Source: a virus. From it: 38,915 nt of DNA. The notes below the pieces were generated by a model, which was not told the DNA's origin, ran no database searches, and was given only the letters and a program-made list of their open reading frames with translations. Below are positions 26,807 to 34,375 of the stretch, piece after piece. Every line of letters begins with the position of its first letter. Within the stretch, counting starts at the first letter, position 1. Made by a program: the position numbers and the translations under genes. The stretch is taken from IMG/VR virus record IMGVR_UViG_3300045988_153185; one strand, written 5' to 3'.

Positions 26807-27049
26807 TTAATTACTCCTTTTCTTTCCGGCAGTATAAATTTCATCTACCGTTACTCCAAGCACCCTTGCTAATTTAGGAATGTCACAAGCTTTTATAAGT
26901 TTACGGCCATTCAGTATGTCACTTAACTCTTGCGAAGTGTAACCAGCTTTTTCTGCCACATACACCTGCCTTAGTCCTTTATCCTTTATGATCAAAGCCA
27001 ACCCTTTTGAAAACGGCTGATTAGATTCTGCAATACTCATTTTTCCCAC
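26807..27049 (-). CDS. XRE-family HTH regulator
   Basis: LRQVYVAEKAGYTSQELSDILNGRK. GGAGGTGAG RBS with a GTG start. Confidence 0.65.
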   Translation of the reverse strand: MGKMSIAESNQPFSKGLALIIKDKGLRQVYVAEKAGYTSQELSDILNGRKLIKACDIPKLARVLGVTVDEIYTAGKKRSN

Positions 27050-27344
27050 ACTTTCTCACCTCCTGGTCTCCATACATTTTTTAACATGATTTTTGTGAAT
27101 ATTTACTTTGTTTATTGTCTTATCTAGTCTCAACTTTTCTTGAAAATATCTGAAAACACCGGAATTACCAAATCAAGAAAATCTCTTTTTTCCCTATACA
27201 TAACTCACTCTCCCTTTCATTTATATAATTTAGTATTTTCACATTTCCTTTTTCTCCTCTCGTAGAAATTAATATGTAATGTTTGGTGATATTGACGATT
27301 GATTTATTAGAACATAAGTTCTATAATCTATTCAATAGAGAGTT

Positions 27345-27563
27345 TTATGCACGTTTCGTGTCATTTTTGTTGAAAAAAATATGCTGAACACTTTTCTTAT
27401 AATAATTAGCTAAACGTACTTTAATTTCATCTCGGGGAACTCTACTTCCATTTTCATACATTGATAATGCTGACTTACTTATCCCTATTGCCTTTGCCAC
27501 TTCATCTTGACTTTTATTCCCTCGAAGCTCAATTAATCTTTCAGCAATTGCCTTTGTATTCAT
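27345..27563 (-). CDS. Cro-like XRE-family HTH regulator (first gene of the leftward early operon)
   Basis: MNTKAIAERLIELRGNKSQDEVAKAIGISKSALSMYENG. AAAGGAAGTGA RBS before the ATG at 27563. Confidence 0.75.
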   Translation of the reverse strand: MNTKAIAERLIELRGNKSQDEVAKAIGISKSALSMYENGSRVPRDEIKVRLANYYKKSVQHIFFNKNDTKRA

Positions 27564-27587
27564 TTGCGTATCACTTCCTTTCTTTTT

Positions 27588-27706
27588 GACACATTTTGTG
27601 TCTATAAATGTTATATCACTTTTCACAATCCGTGTCAATACTTTTATTAATTATATTTACATCTCGTGTCTTTCTTGTTTACATTGTTCACGTATCGTGT
27701 TACAAT
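27588..27706. promoter_or_regulatory. Genetic switch 1: back-to-back promoters with CGTGT(C/T) operator motifs
   Basis: Leftward promoter: TTGACA-N17-TATAAC (27638-27610). Rightward promoter: TTTACA-N17-TACAAT (27678-27706). Palindrome GACACATTTTGTGTC at 27588-27602. CGTGTC at 27631 and 27665, CGTGTT at 27696. Confidence 0.6.
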
Positions 27707-27727
27707 ATGTAATGAGGAGGGAATACC

Positions 27728-28051
27728 ATGGGTAATTTTAGAAATGTATTCAAACAATTGAGGTTAGAGAATCACTATACACAGGGAGGACTCGCTGATG
27801 CACTAGGGATTTCTCGTAGTGCAATAAGTATGTACGAGAACGGAAATAGAGAACCAGACTTTGAGACTTTAGAATTAATCGCTGATTTCTTTAATGTTGA
27901 TATGAATTATTTATTAGGAACTTCAAAAAAAACTACTTCGATTTCTGTTGACCCTACACAAGAAGATCTTAAAACATTGATAGCCAGAAACGGAAAAGAA
28001 ATGTCTACCAAAGATAAAATGGAACTTATTAAAATGTTGTCGGAATTATAG
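27728..28051 (+). CDS. cI-like XRE-family repressor (first gene of the rightward lysogeny operon)
   Basis: LRLENHYTQGGLADALGISRSAISMYENGNREPDFETLELIADFFNVDMNYLLG. Confidence 0.75.
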   Translation: MGNFRNVFKQLRLENHYTQGGLADALGISRSAISMYENGNREPDFETLELIADFFNVDMNYLLGTSKKTTSISVDPTQEDLKTLIARNGKEMSTKDKMELIKMLSEL

Positions 28052-28081
28052 ATTTATTTTATTTCAATAAGGAGAATTATT

Positions 28082-28594
28082 ATGGGATTATTAAATGGAA
28101 AAGACAAAAATGGAAACGACCTTGCCTTAATGTTTCACTATTCAGGACTACCTAACTACCCTACAGATGGAAAGTTTAGAAATGTTCAGGTTACAATTGA
28201 TAAGACAAACAATGTATTAATATTCCAGGAGGACACTGTATTTGGTATGAAACGTCGCTATAAAGACATTACCTTGTCCCTAGACAAAATTTATAGTGCT
28301 AAAGATGAAGGAATCGACATGGAACAAATATCAAATGGTCTAGCTGGTGCTGTCGTAGGTGGTGCATTGTTTGGTGGAGCTGGAGCTGTAACGGGAAGTA
28401 TCTTAGAAAAAGGTTCAAAGAAGACAAAAGTAAAAACCTTTTTTGTAATTCGTTACATTGGATCTGATGATCAAAGGAAATATCTTTTATTCCGTAGTGG
28501 TAATGGTGTCAGACCAGATTTCATCAAACAACTTAAACAGATAGCAGAAGAAAACAGCTCGCTCAAACCAAATGACAAACCTATTGAACTGTAA
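28082..28594 (+). CDS. Protein with a central glycine-zipper hydrophobic segment, unknown function
   Basis: 170 aa with GLAGAVVGGALFGGAGAVTGSIL. AAGGAG RBS. Confidence 0.6.
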   Translation: MGLLNGKDKNGNDLALMFHYSGLPNYPTDGKFRNVQVTIDKTNNVLIFQEDTVFGMKRRYKDITLSLDKIYSAKDEGIDMEQISNGLAGAVVGGALFGGAGAVTGSILEKGSKKTKVKTFFVIRYIGSDDQRKYLLFRSGNGVRPDFIKQLKQIAEENSSLKPNDKPIEL

Positions 28595-28611
28595 GACACA
28601 AGGAGAAAAAT

Positions 28612-29364
28612 ATGGCTTATTTTATTGGTGAAATTATAGGAGTTATACTTGCAATTTTATTTTTTGTTTCCCCTATTTTTCTTATTGTTTTAATCATATT
28701 GAGATTGAAAAGAAAAAAGAAAAATAAACCTTTAAGAATTGTTAATAGATGTATTGCAGTTTGTACTATTTTATTTGCTATATCCATTGCATGTGTAATT
28801 ATATTTATTCCTGATTACAAGAATCACGAGACAAGCTTATCAGAATCAGAAGACACGTCTAATCAAAAAAATGATACTACAGAAACAATCACTGAGGAAG
28901 TAACAGAATCAACAACCGAAGAAACTACTACGGCAACGATGGAAGCTACTACGGAAGCAAGTACCGCTTCTGAAAAAGACTTGGAAAAAATCAAAAAACA
29001 GGCGAAAAAAGATTTTGTGAAACAATGTAAAACTTATGATTACAGGAAATTATTAAGAAATGAATCTAAGTATTTAAGTAAACCAGTTGCGTATAGAGTA
29101 AAAATTGCGCAGGTTATGAAGGATAGTTATACGAATGGATATCGAGCGTACATTGTAAAAAATGGTCAAACCGATATGGATTGTGAATTTTACATTAAAG
29201 ATTTGAGGTCCGATTCAGAAAGAGAAAAAAATAAATTACTTAAAGGTGATATTATAAGTGTTTACGGAAGGTTTAACGGATTTAAACAAATTACACGTAC
29301 TTTATCTAAGAATACAGACGATGTTCCTAGAATTGATATGCAGTATGTTACTTTAAAGAATTAA
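28612..29364 (+). CDS. Membrane-anchored protein with a Thr/Glu-rich linker and a C-terminal globular domain
   Basis: Two N-terminal TM helices and a TETITEEVTESTTEETTTATMEATTEAST linker. AAGGAG RBS. Confidence 0.6.
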   Translation: MAYFIGEIIGVILAILFFVSPIFLIVLIILRLKRKKKNKPLRIVNRCIAVCTILFAISIACVIIFIPDYKNHETSLSESEDTSNQKNDTTETITEEVTESTTEETTTATMEATTEASTASEKDLEKIKKQAKKDFVKQCKTYDYRKLLRNESKYLSKPVAYRVKIAQVMKDSYTNGYRAYIVKNGQTDMDCEFYIKDLRSDSEREKNKLLKGDIISVYGRFNGFKQITRTLSKNTDDVPRIDMQYVTLKN

Positions 29365-29383
29365 GGGAATGGGGGATGAATTT

Positions 29384-30073
29384 ATGAAACAAAGATTTTT
29401 GTCAATAGTTATGACTTTAATTATAATAATTTGTAGTTTTTCTGTTAAGCCAATCGATGCAAAAGCCAAAATAAAACTTAACAAAAAATCTGTAAGTATT
29501 GTGAAAGGGAAAAAATACAAATTAAAAGTGAAAGGTACTAAGCGAAAAGTAAAATGGTCTTCTAAAAATAAAAAGATCGCGACAGTATCTAAAAAAGGGT
29601 ACGTGAAAGCTAAGAAGGTGGGGACGACTTATGTATATGCTAAAATTGGAAAGAAAAAATTAAAATGCAAAGTGAAAGTTAAAAATCCACCATTTTGTAA
29701 AATCTATGGCATTGACGTTGACTCAGAATCTTTTTCTTGTACAATTAAAAATTTATCTAAATCTAATATCATAATAGATAACGAAGCATCGGTTGATGAT
29801 GGTATAGATGATGGTTATATGTGGGCTGATACCGATTCAACAACGACCATCATAAAACCAGGTAAGAAAAAAGATTTATTTTTCTACGCTTTTGATCAAG
29901 ATCCCATTGAATCATATCCAGATTATAATTGTACTTGGTATATAAAAAGAAATTTAGATATATCAATAGATTTAAAATACAAAAATAACTATTATTCTTA
30001 TTTTTATTTTTCAGACACAAAGAGCGGTAGTCTAATAAAACGTAATTTTTTAAAAGATTTTTTCCCAGAATAA
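29384..30073 (+). CDS. Secreted Big_2 (bacterial Ig-like) domain protein
   Basis: Signal peptide MKQRFLSIVMTLIIIICSFSVKPIDAKA. Big_2-like KLNKKSVSIVKGKKYKLKVKG...ATVSKKGYVKAKKVGTTYVYAKI. Confidence 0.65.
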   Translation: MKQRFLSIVMTLIIIICSFSVKPIDAKAKIKLNKKSVSIVKGKKYKLKVKGTKRKVKWSSKNKKIATVSKKGYVKAKKVGTTYVYAKIGKKKLKCKVKVKNPPFCKIYGIDVDSESFSCTIKNLSKSNIIIDNEASVDDGIDDGYMWADTDSTTTIIKPGKKKDLFFYAFDQDPIESYPDYNCTWYIKRNLDISIDLKYKNNYYSYFYFSDTKSGSLIKRNFLKDFFPE

Positions 30074-30079
30074 AATAAT

Positions 30080-30108
30080 TAAAAAACCGCCCGGCGGCAA
30101 CCGGGCGG
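30080..30108. repeat. Direct repeat copy 1 (TAAAAAACCGCCCGGCGGCAACC) containing a perfect 8-bp GC hairpin. It reads as a terminator only on the minus strand.
   Basis: CCGCCCGG CGGCAA CCGGGCGG preceded by A6. The 23-mer is identical to 31248-31270. Confidence 0.7.
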
Positions 30109-30128
30109 ATCCACTAAAAGGAGGGGCT

Positions 30129-31097
30129 ATGGATATCACAGAAAAACTATTAGATAAATCAAAAGAAGCATTTGTCATGGCTCTTGAAATTTATAACAAA
30201 CCAACCATAAAATATCGAATCGAAGGTTTCTCGTTCTTTATTATAAATGCATGGGAATTAATGCTGAAAGCCGAACTGCTAAATCGAGACGAGTCCATTT
30301 ACTATAAAGACGATCCAGATAGAACTATTTCTGTAAATAATGTATTATCAAAGATTTATACTGATAAAAATACACGAATCAGATTAAATCTTGAAAAAAT
30401 AATTGAACTTAGAAACATCAGTACCCATTATATCACCGAAGATTATGAAGTAAAATATGCGCCTTTATTTCAAGCTTGTGTACTAAACTTCGTTAATGAA
30501 ATTCAACGTTTTCACAAGGTTGATGTAACCAAAATAATTGCTCAAAATTTTTTAACGATATCTGCAAGTTATGAACCTCTTACGAATGAACAGATAAAAT
30601 TAAAATATCCACCTGAAATTGCTGAAAGATTCATCAAACAGGCAAACGAAATTGATGTTTTGAGCCACGAATATAATTCTGATAAATTCTCAATTGATAT
30701 CAGACAAAATCTGTATATCACTAAGAAAAAAGTTGAATCCGATTTTAAAGTCAGCATCACTAGCAAATCTGAAAATAGAGTTACCTTTATAAAGGAGTTA
30801 AAAGACCCTTCAGATACACACAAATATAATTATAATACAGTAATTACTGCAGTATCTGAACGATTAAAGAAAAAACATATTAAGTTAGATTATCCAAAAG
30901 GATTTAATTCATACGTGCTGAATTTGGTAATAGATTTTTACGATATAAAGAGAGAAGAAAAATATGCCTATAAGCACATCATAGGAAAGCAAGAACACTA
31001 TACCTATTCACAACAATTTATAGATTTTGTAGTTTCTGAGATAGAAAAACAGCCATCAATTTTCGTAGCGAGTTTAAAGGCAAAAAAAACAAGATAA
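30129..31097 (+). CDS. DUF3644-like protein with a HEPN-type Rx4H motif (candidate abortive-infection RNase)
   Basis: N-terminus SKEAFVMALEIYNKPTIKYRIEGFSFFIINAWELMLKA and ELRNISTHY. AAAGGAGGGG RBS. Confidence 0.55.
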   Translation: MDITEKLLDKSKEAFVMALEIYNKPTIKYRIEGFSFFIINAWELMLKAELLNRDESIYYKDDPDRTISVNNVLSKIYTDKNTRIRLNLEKIIELRNISTHYITEDYEVKYAPLFQACVLNFVNEIQRFHKVDVTKIIAQNFLTISASYEPLTNEQIKLKYPPEIAERFIKQANEIDVLSHEYNSDKFSIDIRQNLYITKKKVESDFKVSITSKSENRVTFIKELKDPSDTHKYNYNTVITAVSERLKKKHIKLDYPKGFNSYVLNLVIDFYDIKREEKYAYKHIIGKQEHYTYSQQFIDFVVSEIEKQPSIFVASLKAKKTR

Positions 31098-31247
31098 CCC
31101 CAGGCACATAGGAATGCTCAGTACAAAAAGTACCTACCCCATTCTGGGACCCAGTGTTTATCCTTCACAAGTTATCTTGCTTATACTATACTATTTTATA
31201 TGATTTTTGTCAATTTATGCACTAGTTTTTATACAATTTCTAAACAA

Positions 31248-31276
31248 TAAAAAACCGCCCGGCGGCAACCAGACGG
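31248..31276. repeat. Direct repeat copy 2 (same 23-mer, hairpin degenerate)
   Basis: TAAAAAACCGCCCGGCGGCAACC followed by AGACGG where copy 1 has GGGCGG. Confidence 0.7.
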
Positions 31277-31308
31277 CAGAACCTATAAATTATATAAAAA
31301 GTGAATAC

Positions 31309-31336
31309 TTGACAAGACTCTTGGATATGATATAAT
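31309..31336 (+). promoter_or_regulatory. Near-consensus sigma-70 promoter with an extended -10
   Basis: TTGACA, 16-nt spacer ending in TGA, then TATAAT. Confidence 0.65.
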
Positions 31337-31342
31337 GTAGCT

Positions 31343-31405
31343 AATTAGCAAATGGCTGGTGTCCGGCCACAAAGAGTCTTAGAATTGTATTCTAGGGCTC
31401 TTTTT
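31343..31405 (+). ncRNA. Candidate small RNA or terminated 5' leader of about 60 nt upstream of the Abi_2 gene
   Basis: Hairpin 31353-31369 (TGGCTGG TGT CCGGCCA). Terminator hairpin AGAGTCTTAG / CTAGGGCTCT (31373-31401, 2 G-U pairs) followed by a T run. Confidence 0.45.
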
Positions 31406-31537
31406 GTATTATGGAGGTTATATTCAAAAATACACAATGATCTTATAATTAAAGCTTTTATTACCAAATAAATAACAAAAACTTATTCGGCGACAAACGG
31501 ACATTGAATAATTTAGAGTCTGTTGGATAGGAGAATT

Positions 31538-32557
31538 ATGCAAAAGAATAAATCAAATGACAAAAATTTTCTTACATACAATCAGCAAATGAGAAAATTA
31601 CGTACAGACAAAAAAATTATTTGTGAAGGTTCTGTACATAAACGAATGCTAATACGATCAGGCTATTTCAACATAATAAACGGATACAAAAATCCATTTA
31701 TCAGTGATACAGACGAGCATAATAATCATATTTATATATCGAATACAAGTCTTGACCAGCTATACAATGTAAAACTTTTCGATGAGTCGCTTCGTTCACT
31801 TCTTCTTAAATACATAACTCAAATCGAAGAAGAAGTTAGAACATTAACAGGATATAAGTTTGATGAATGTAATGATAGGGGGAGTATAGCTTGGTATGAT
31901 ACATATTCGTATTCAGAGACAAGTACATTACAAAATAAGATGGGTACAATTTCTAAAGCCTATAACGAATTAAGTCGAAGCCGATTAGATTATGTAAAAT
32001 TTTATATGGAAAATCATAAACGTATACCAACTTGGATTATGATTAAAGTAGTTAATTTTTCAACATTTATAGATGTTCTAAATTATAGCAAAACTACAGT
32101 AAAACATTCTCTTTGTAAGCTTTATGGAATGGATGATAATCGTGGATTTCCGAATGTTAAACTTTTAATTGGAAGCCTTCATTGGATGCGTATAATCCGA
32201 AACTCTTGCGCACACAATGAACGAATATATTGTATTTCAAGAGTTCAAAATAAAAATAAAAACTCTGGCAGGATTTTAGAAAAATATTTGCTTAAATTAG
32301 GCGGATCTTATTCTCGAGAAAGAGATCAAAAAATTGTAGATTTAATTATTTATTTTAAGTATTATCTTCCACATAAAGAATTTTTGCTATTCCTGTCGGA
32401 ATTAAAAGGAATATTATTTGAGTTAAAAAGTGTTATTGCTCCTCATGCATTTGAATATATCAGGGCTCAAATGGGAATAAAAAATATTGAAGATTTAGAT
32501 ACACTAGCCAGTCTTCCAAAAAGTGATATTGATTATAATAAATTTGATAAAAATTAA
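31538..32557 (+). CDS. Abi_2 (AbiD/AbiF-like) abortive infection protein, HEPN superfamily
   Basis: GYFNIINGYKNPF...LYNVKLFDESLRSLLLKYITQIEEEVRT...LHWMRIIRNSCAHNERIY (Rx4H). TAGGAGA RBS before the ATG at 31538. Confidence 0.75.
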   Translation: MQKNKSNDKNFLTYNQQMRKLRTDKKIICEGSVHKRMLIRSGYFNIINGYKNPFISDTDEHNNHIYISNTSLDQLYNVKLFDESLRSLLLKYITQIEEEVRTLTGYKFDECNDRGSIAWYDTYSYSETSTLQNKMGTISKAYNELSRSRLDYVKFYMENHKRIPTWIMIKVVNFSTFIDVLNYSKTTVKHSLCKLYGMDDNRGFPNVKLLIGSLHWMRIIRNSCAHNERIYCISRVQNKNKNSGRILEKYLLKLGGSYSRERDQKIVDLIIYFKYYLPHKEFLLFLSELKGILFELKSVIAPHAFEYIRAQMGIKNIEDLDTLASLPKSDIDYNKFDKN

Positions 32558-32641
32558 AAAATATTTTCGATTATATTGTAATAATTTCAGTAACATGGTA
32601 TTATACTTGTACAGAGAGAACCGTATTGATTGCGGTTGAAA

Positions 32642-32677
32642 AACACTCGTACATTTTATTATGTTCGGGTGTTTTTT
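32642..32677 (+). terminator. Rho-independent terminator after the Abi_2 gene
   Basis: AACACTCG, 16-nt loop, CGGGTGTT, then TTTTT. Confidence 0.5.
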
Positions 32678-32769
32678 AATTTTAGACCATTCATTAATGT
32701 TTATAAGAAGTAAATAAAAACAGCCCCATTTTCGGGACTGTTTGATGATATTATTACCAGACAATCGCC

Positions 32770-32805
32770 ATGATATAATACCGATTCGCACTCATATTAT
32801 ATCAT
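32770..32805. promoter_or_regulatory. 11-bp perfect inverted repeat (ATGATATAATA/TATTATATCAT); each arm reads TGATATAAT (extended -10), one on each strand
   Basis: Read directly, 14-nt spacer. It lies 63 nt upstream of the integrase ATG. Confidence 0.4.
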
Positions 32806-32867
32806 CCCGGCATCTGTTCTGGCAATAGGTGTTGTTTTTATACTCTTTTTTAAGGAAGGTGATATAA

Positions 32868-34052
32868 ATGAGTATTCAAAAGCAAAAATATGTAAGCAAG
32901 AAAACTGGTCAGATCAAAATTACATATTACGCAAATGTCTATGACTCCGAATCTAGCCAACGCTTCACTGGTCCTGCCAGAAAGAGCAGAAACCTCGCTG
33001 TTCAAGACGAAAGTGACATCATTAGAAATTTGGAAAAGGCCAAAGCCGAGAAACGCCGCGCAGAAAAGCAGGCCATTGAAAATAAGTTGCGCTTTGATAC
33101 AGTGGCAAAGCAATGGTTTGCCGCAAATAAACGTACATATGCAAACTCTACATATAAGATTTATCAGCAATACTATCGTGATTACATCAAAGAAGTATTC
33201 GGTGATATCCCAATCACCAGGGTGGAATCTTCGCACATATTAAAATATAAAGAACTTATGGAAGAACCTACTGAGAGACTGCCTAATGGATATTCCGCAG
33301 AAACTATCAACAAGTGTTTGAATATCCTCTCAAACGTCTTCCAGTTCGCTGTAATCCCTTTAAAATTAATTGACGCTAATCAGAACCCTATGATCGGTAT
33401 AAAGCGAAATAAGGTCGTCTACAAGAAGAAAAAAACCTGGACCGATGAACAGATCACACAGTTCATCCATTCAGAAGAGGTAAAAAACGATCATTACTAT
33501 GTTATGTATTGTGTCTCTCTCCTTCTAGGTCCACGGCCGGGCGAAGTCTGTGGCCTGGCTGAATCTGACTTCATGGGAAATCGACTTGAATTTAATCGAG
33601 GATACGATAAATTCGGAGAACTATCTGATTTGAAGACCGGCACTTCCATCAGGGCTGTCTATGTTCCAGAAATTCTTGCAGATATGATCCGCCGGAAGCT
33701 TCTGTGGAAAAAACAGATGAGAATGCAGTACCCGGACTTTTTTGATAATGATTTTCTATTTGTAACAACGGAAGGTTTACCTGTCAATCCAGACTATTAT
33801 GGTAAAAAATTCAGAAGTGCTGTACGGCAATATAATAAGAATCATATAGAGAAACTTCCGGAGATTTCAGTCTACGGATGCCGTCATTCATTTGCTACTA
33901 ATAACTACGAACGTGGAGAGAGTGACAAACTTTTATCTGAGTTGATGGGAAACAGCGTTAAAGTATTTTTACAAAATTATGCTCAGATCAGGCGTGCTAA
34001 AGCAGAAAAAGCAATCAGTGATTTTGCTGACATTATCTTCGCCGCAGAGTAA
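32868..34052 (+). CDS. int: Tyrosine integrase
   Basis: 394 aa. SAM-like N-terminal domain, LGPRPGEVCGL (Arg), GCRHSFAT (HxxR), C-terminal catalytic region. AAGGAAGGTGA RBS. Confidence 0.9.
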   Translation: MSIQKQKYVSKKTGQIKITYYANVYDSESSQRFTGPARKSRNLAVQDESDIIRNLEKAKAEKRRAEKQAIENKLRFDTVAKQWFAANKRTYANSTYKIYQQYYRDYIKEVFGDIPITRVESSHILKYKELMEEPTERLPNGYSAETINKCLNILSNVFQFAVIPLKLIDANQNPMIGIKRNKVVYKKKKTWTDEQITQFIHSEEVKNDHYYVMYCVSLLLGPRPGEVCGLAESDFMGNRLEFNRGYDKFGELSDLKTGTSIRAVYVPEILADMIRRKLLWKKQMRMQYPDFFDNDFLFVTTEGLPVNPDYYGKKFRSAVRQYNKNHIEKLPEISVYGCRHSFATNNYERGESDKLLSELMGNSVKVFLQNYAQIRRAKAEKAISDFADIIFAAE

Positions 34053-34054
34053 AA

Positions 34055-34077
34055 TTACTTTACGGATTACTTTACGG
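34055..34077 (+). repeat. attP arm-type sites, left pair: TTACTTTACGG x2
   Basis: Copies at 34055-34065 and 34067-34077. The same 11-mer recurs at 34280 and 34293. Confidence 0.65.
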
Positions 34078-34083
34078 CGGGGG

Positions 34084-34166
34084 TAAAATGTGTTGTGCTG
34101 TGTTACTTCAAATTTCATAAAAATGGCTTATTTCGGCGATTTTCTAAAATGTGTTGCTCTGTATTA
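34084..34166 (+). repeat. Two copies of a 22-nt repeat TAAAATGTGTTGnnCTGTnTTA in the attP left arm
   Basis: Copies at 34084-34105 and 34145-34166, with 3 mismatches between them. Confidence 0.5.
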
Positions 34167-34175
34167 TGTATTTAA

Positions 34176-34223
34176 TCGCCTTGCCAAGGTTGAGGTCGCG
34201 GGTTCGAGTCCCGTCTATCGCTC
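34176..34223 (+). other. attP core: 3' fragment of a tRNA (variable arm, T arm, 3' acceptor strand); not a complete tRNA
   Basis: CCTTGCCAAGG stem-loop, then GCGGG TTCGAGT CCCGT T arm, then CTATCGC. No D arm or matching 5' acceptor strand lies upstream. Confidence 0.65.
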
Positions 34224-34230
34224 TTCTTTA

Positions 34231-34255
34231 AACGGCTTGGTTAAGCCGTTTTTTC
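34231..34255 (+). terminator. Rho-independent terminator following the tRNA fragment
   Basis: AACGGCTT GGTT AAGCCGTT followed by TTTT. Confidence 0.7.
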
Positions 34256-34279
34256 TTTTCGTTAATTTCTTCACACGTT

Positions 34280-34303
34280 TTACTTTACGGATTTACTTTA
34301 CGG
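34280..34303 (+). repeat. attP arm-type sites, right pair: TTACTTTACGG x2
   Basis: Copies at 34280-34290 and 34293-34303. Confidence 0.65.
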
Positions 34304-34341
34304 CATAGTATTTCAGTAGGAAAAGTAGGATAAAATTGATT

Positions 34342-34371
34342 AAAAAAATGAGATGGAAAACGTTTTCCATC
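34342..34371 (-). terminator. Terminator of the toxin-antitoxin operon
   Basis: Perfect palindrome GATGGAAAACGTTTTCCATC followed by T7 on the minus strand. Confidence 0.7.
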
Positions 34372-34375
34372 CCAC

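Noticed and set aside
32504-33243. Track ORFs 32504-32791 (-), 32850-33236 (-) and 32935-33243 (+)
   Set aside because: They overlap the intergenic terminator/promoter region or the integrase gene in other frames. They have no ribosome-binding sites and hydrophobic low-complexity translations.
34090-34308. A complete tRNA gene, or the 72-aa track ORF, in the region after the integrase
   Set aside because: Only the variable arm, T arm and 3' acceptor strand are present. No D arm, anticodon arm or complementary 5' acceptor strand lies upstream. The ORF merely spans attP repeats and a terminator.
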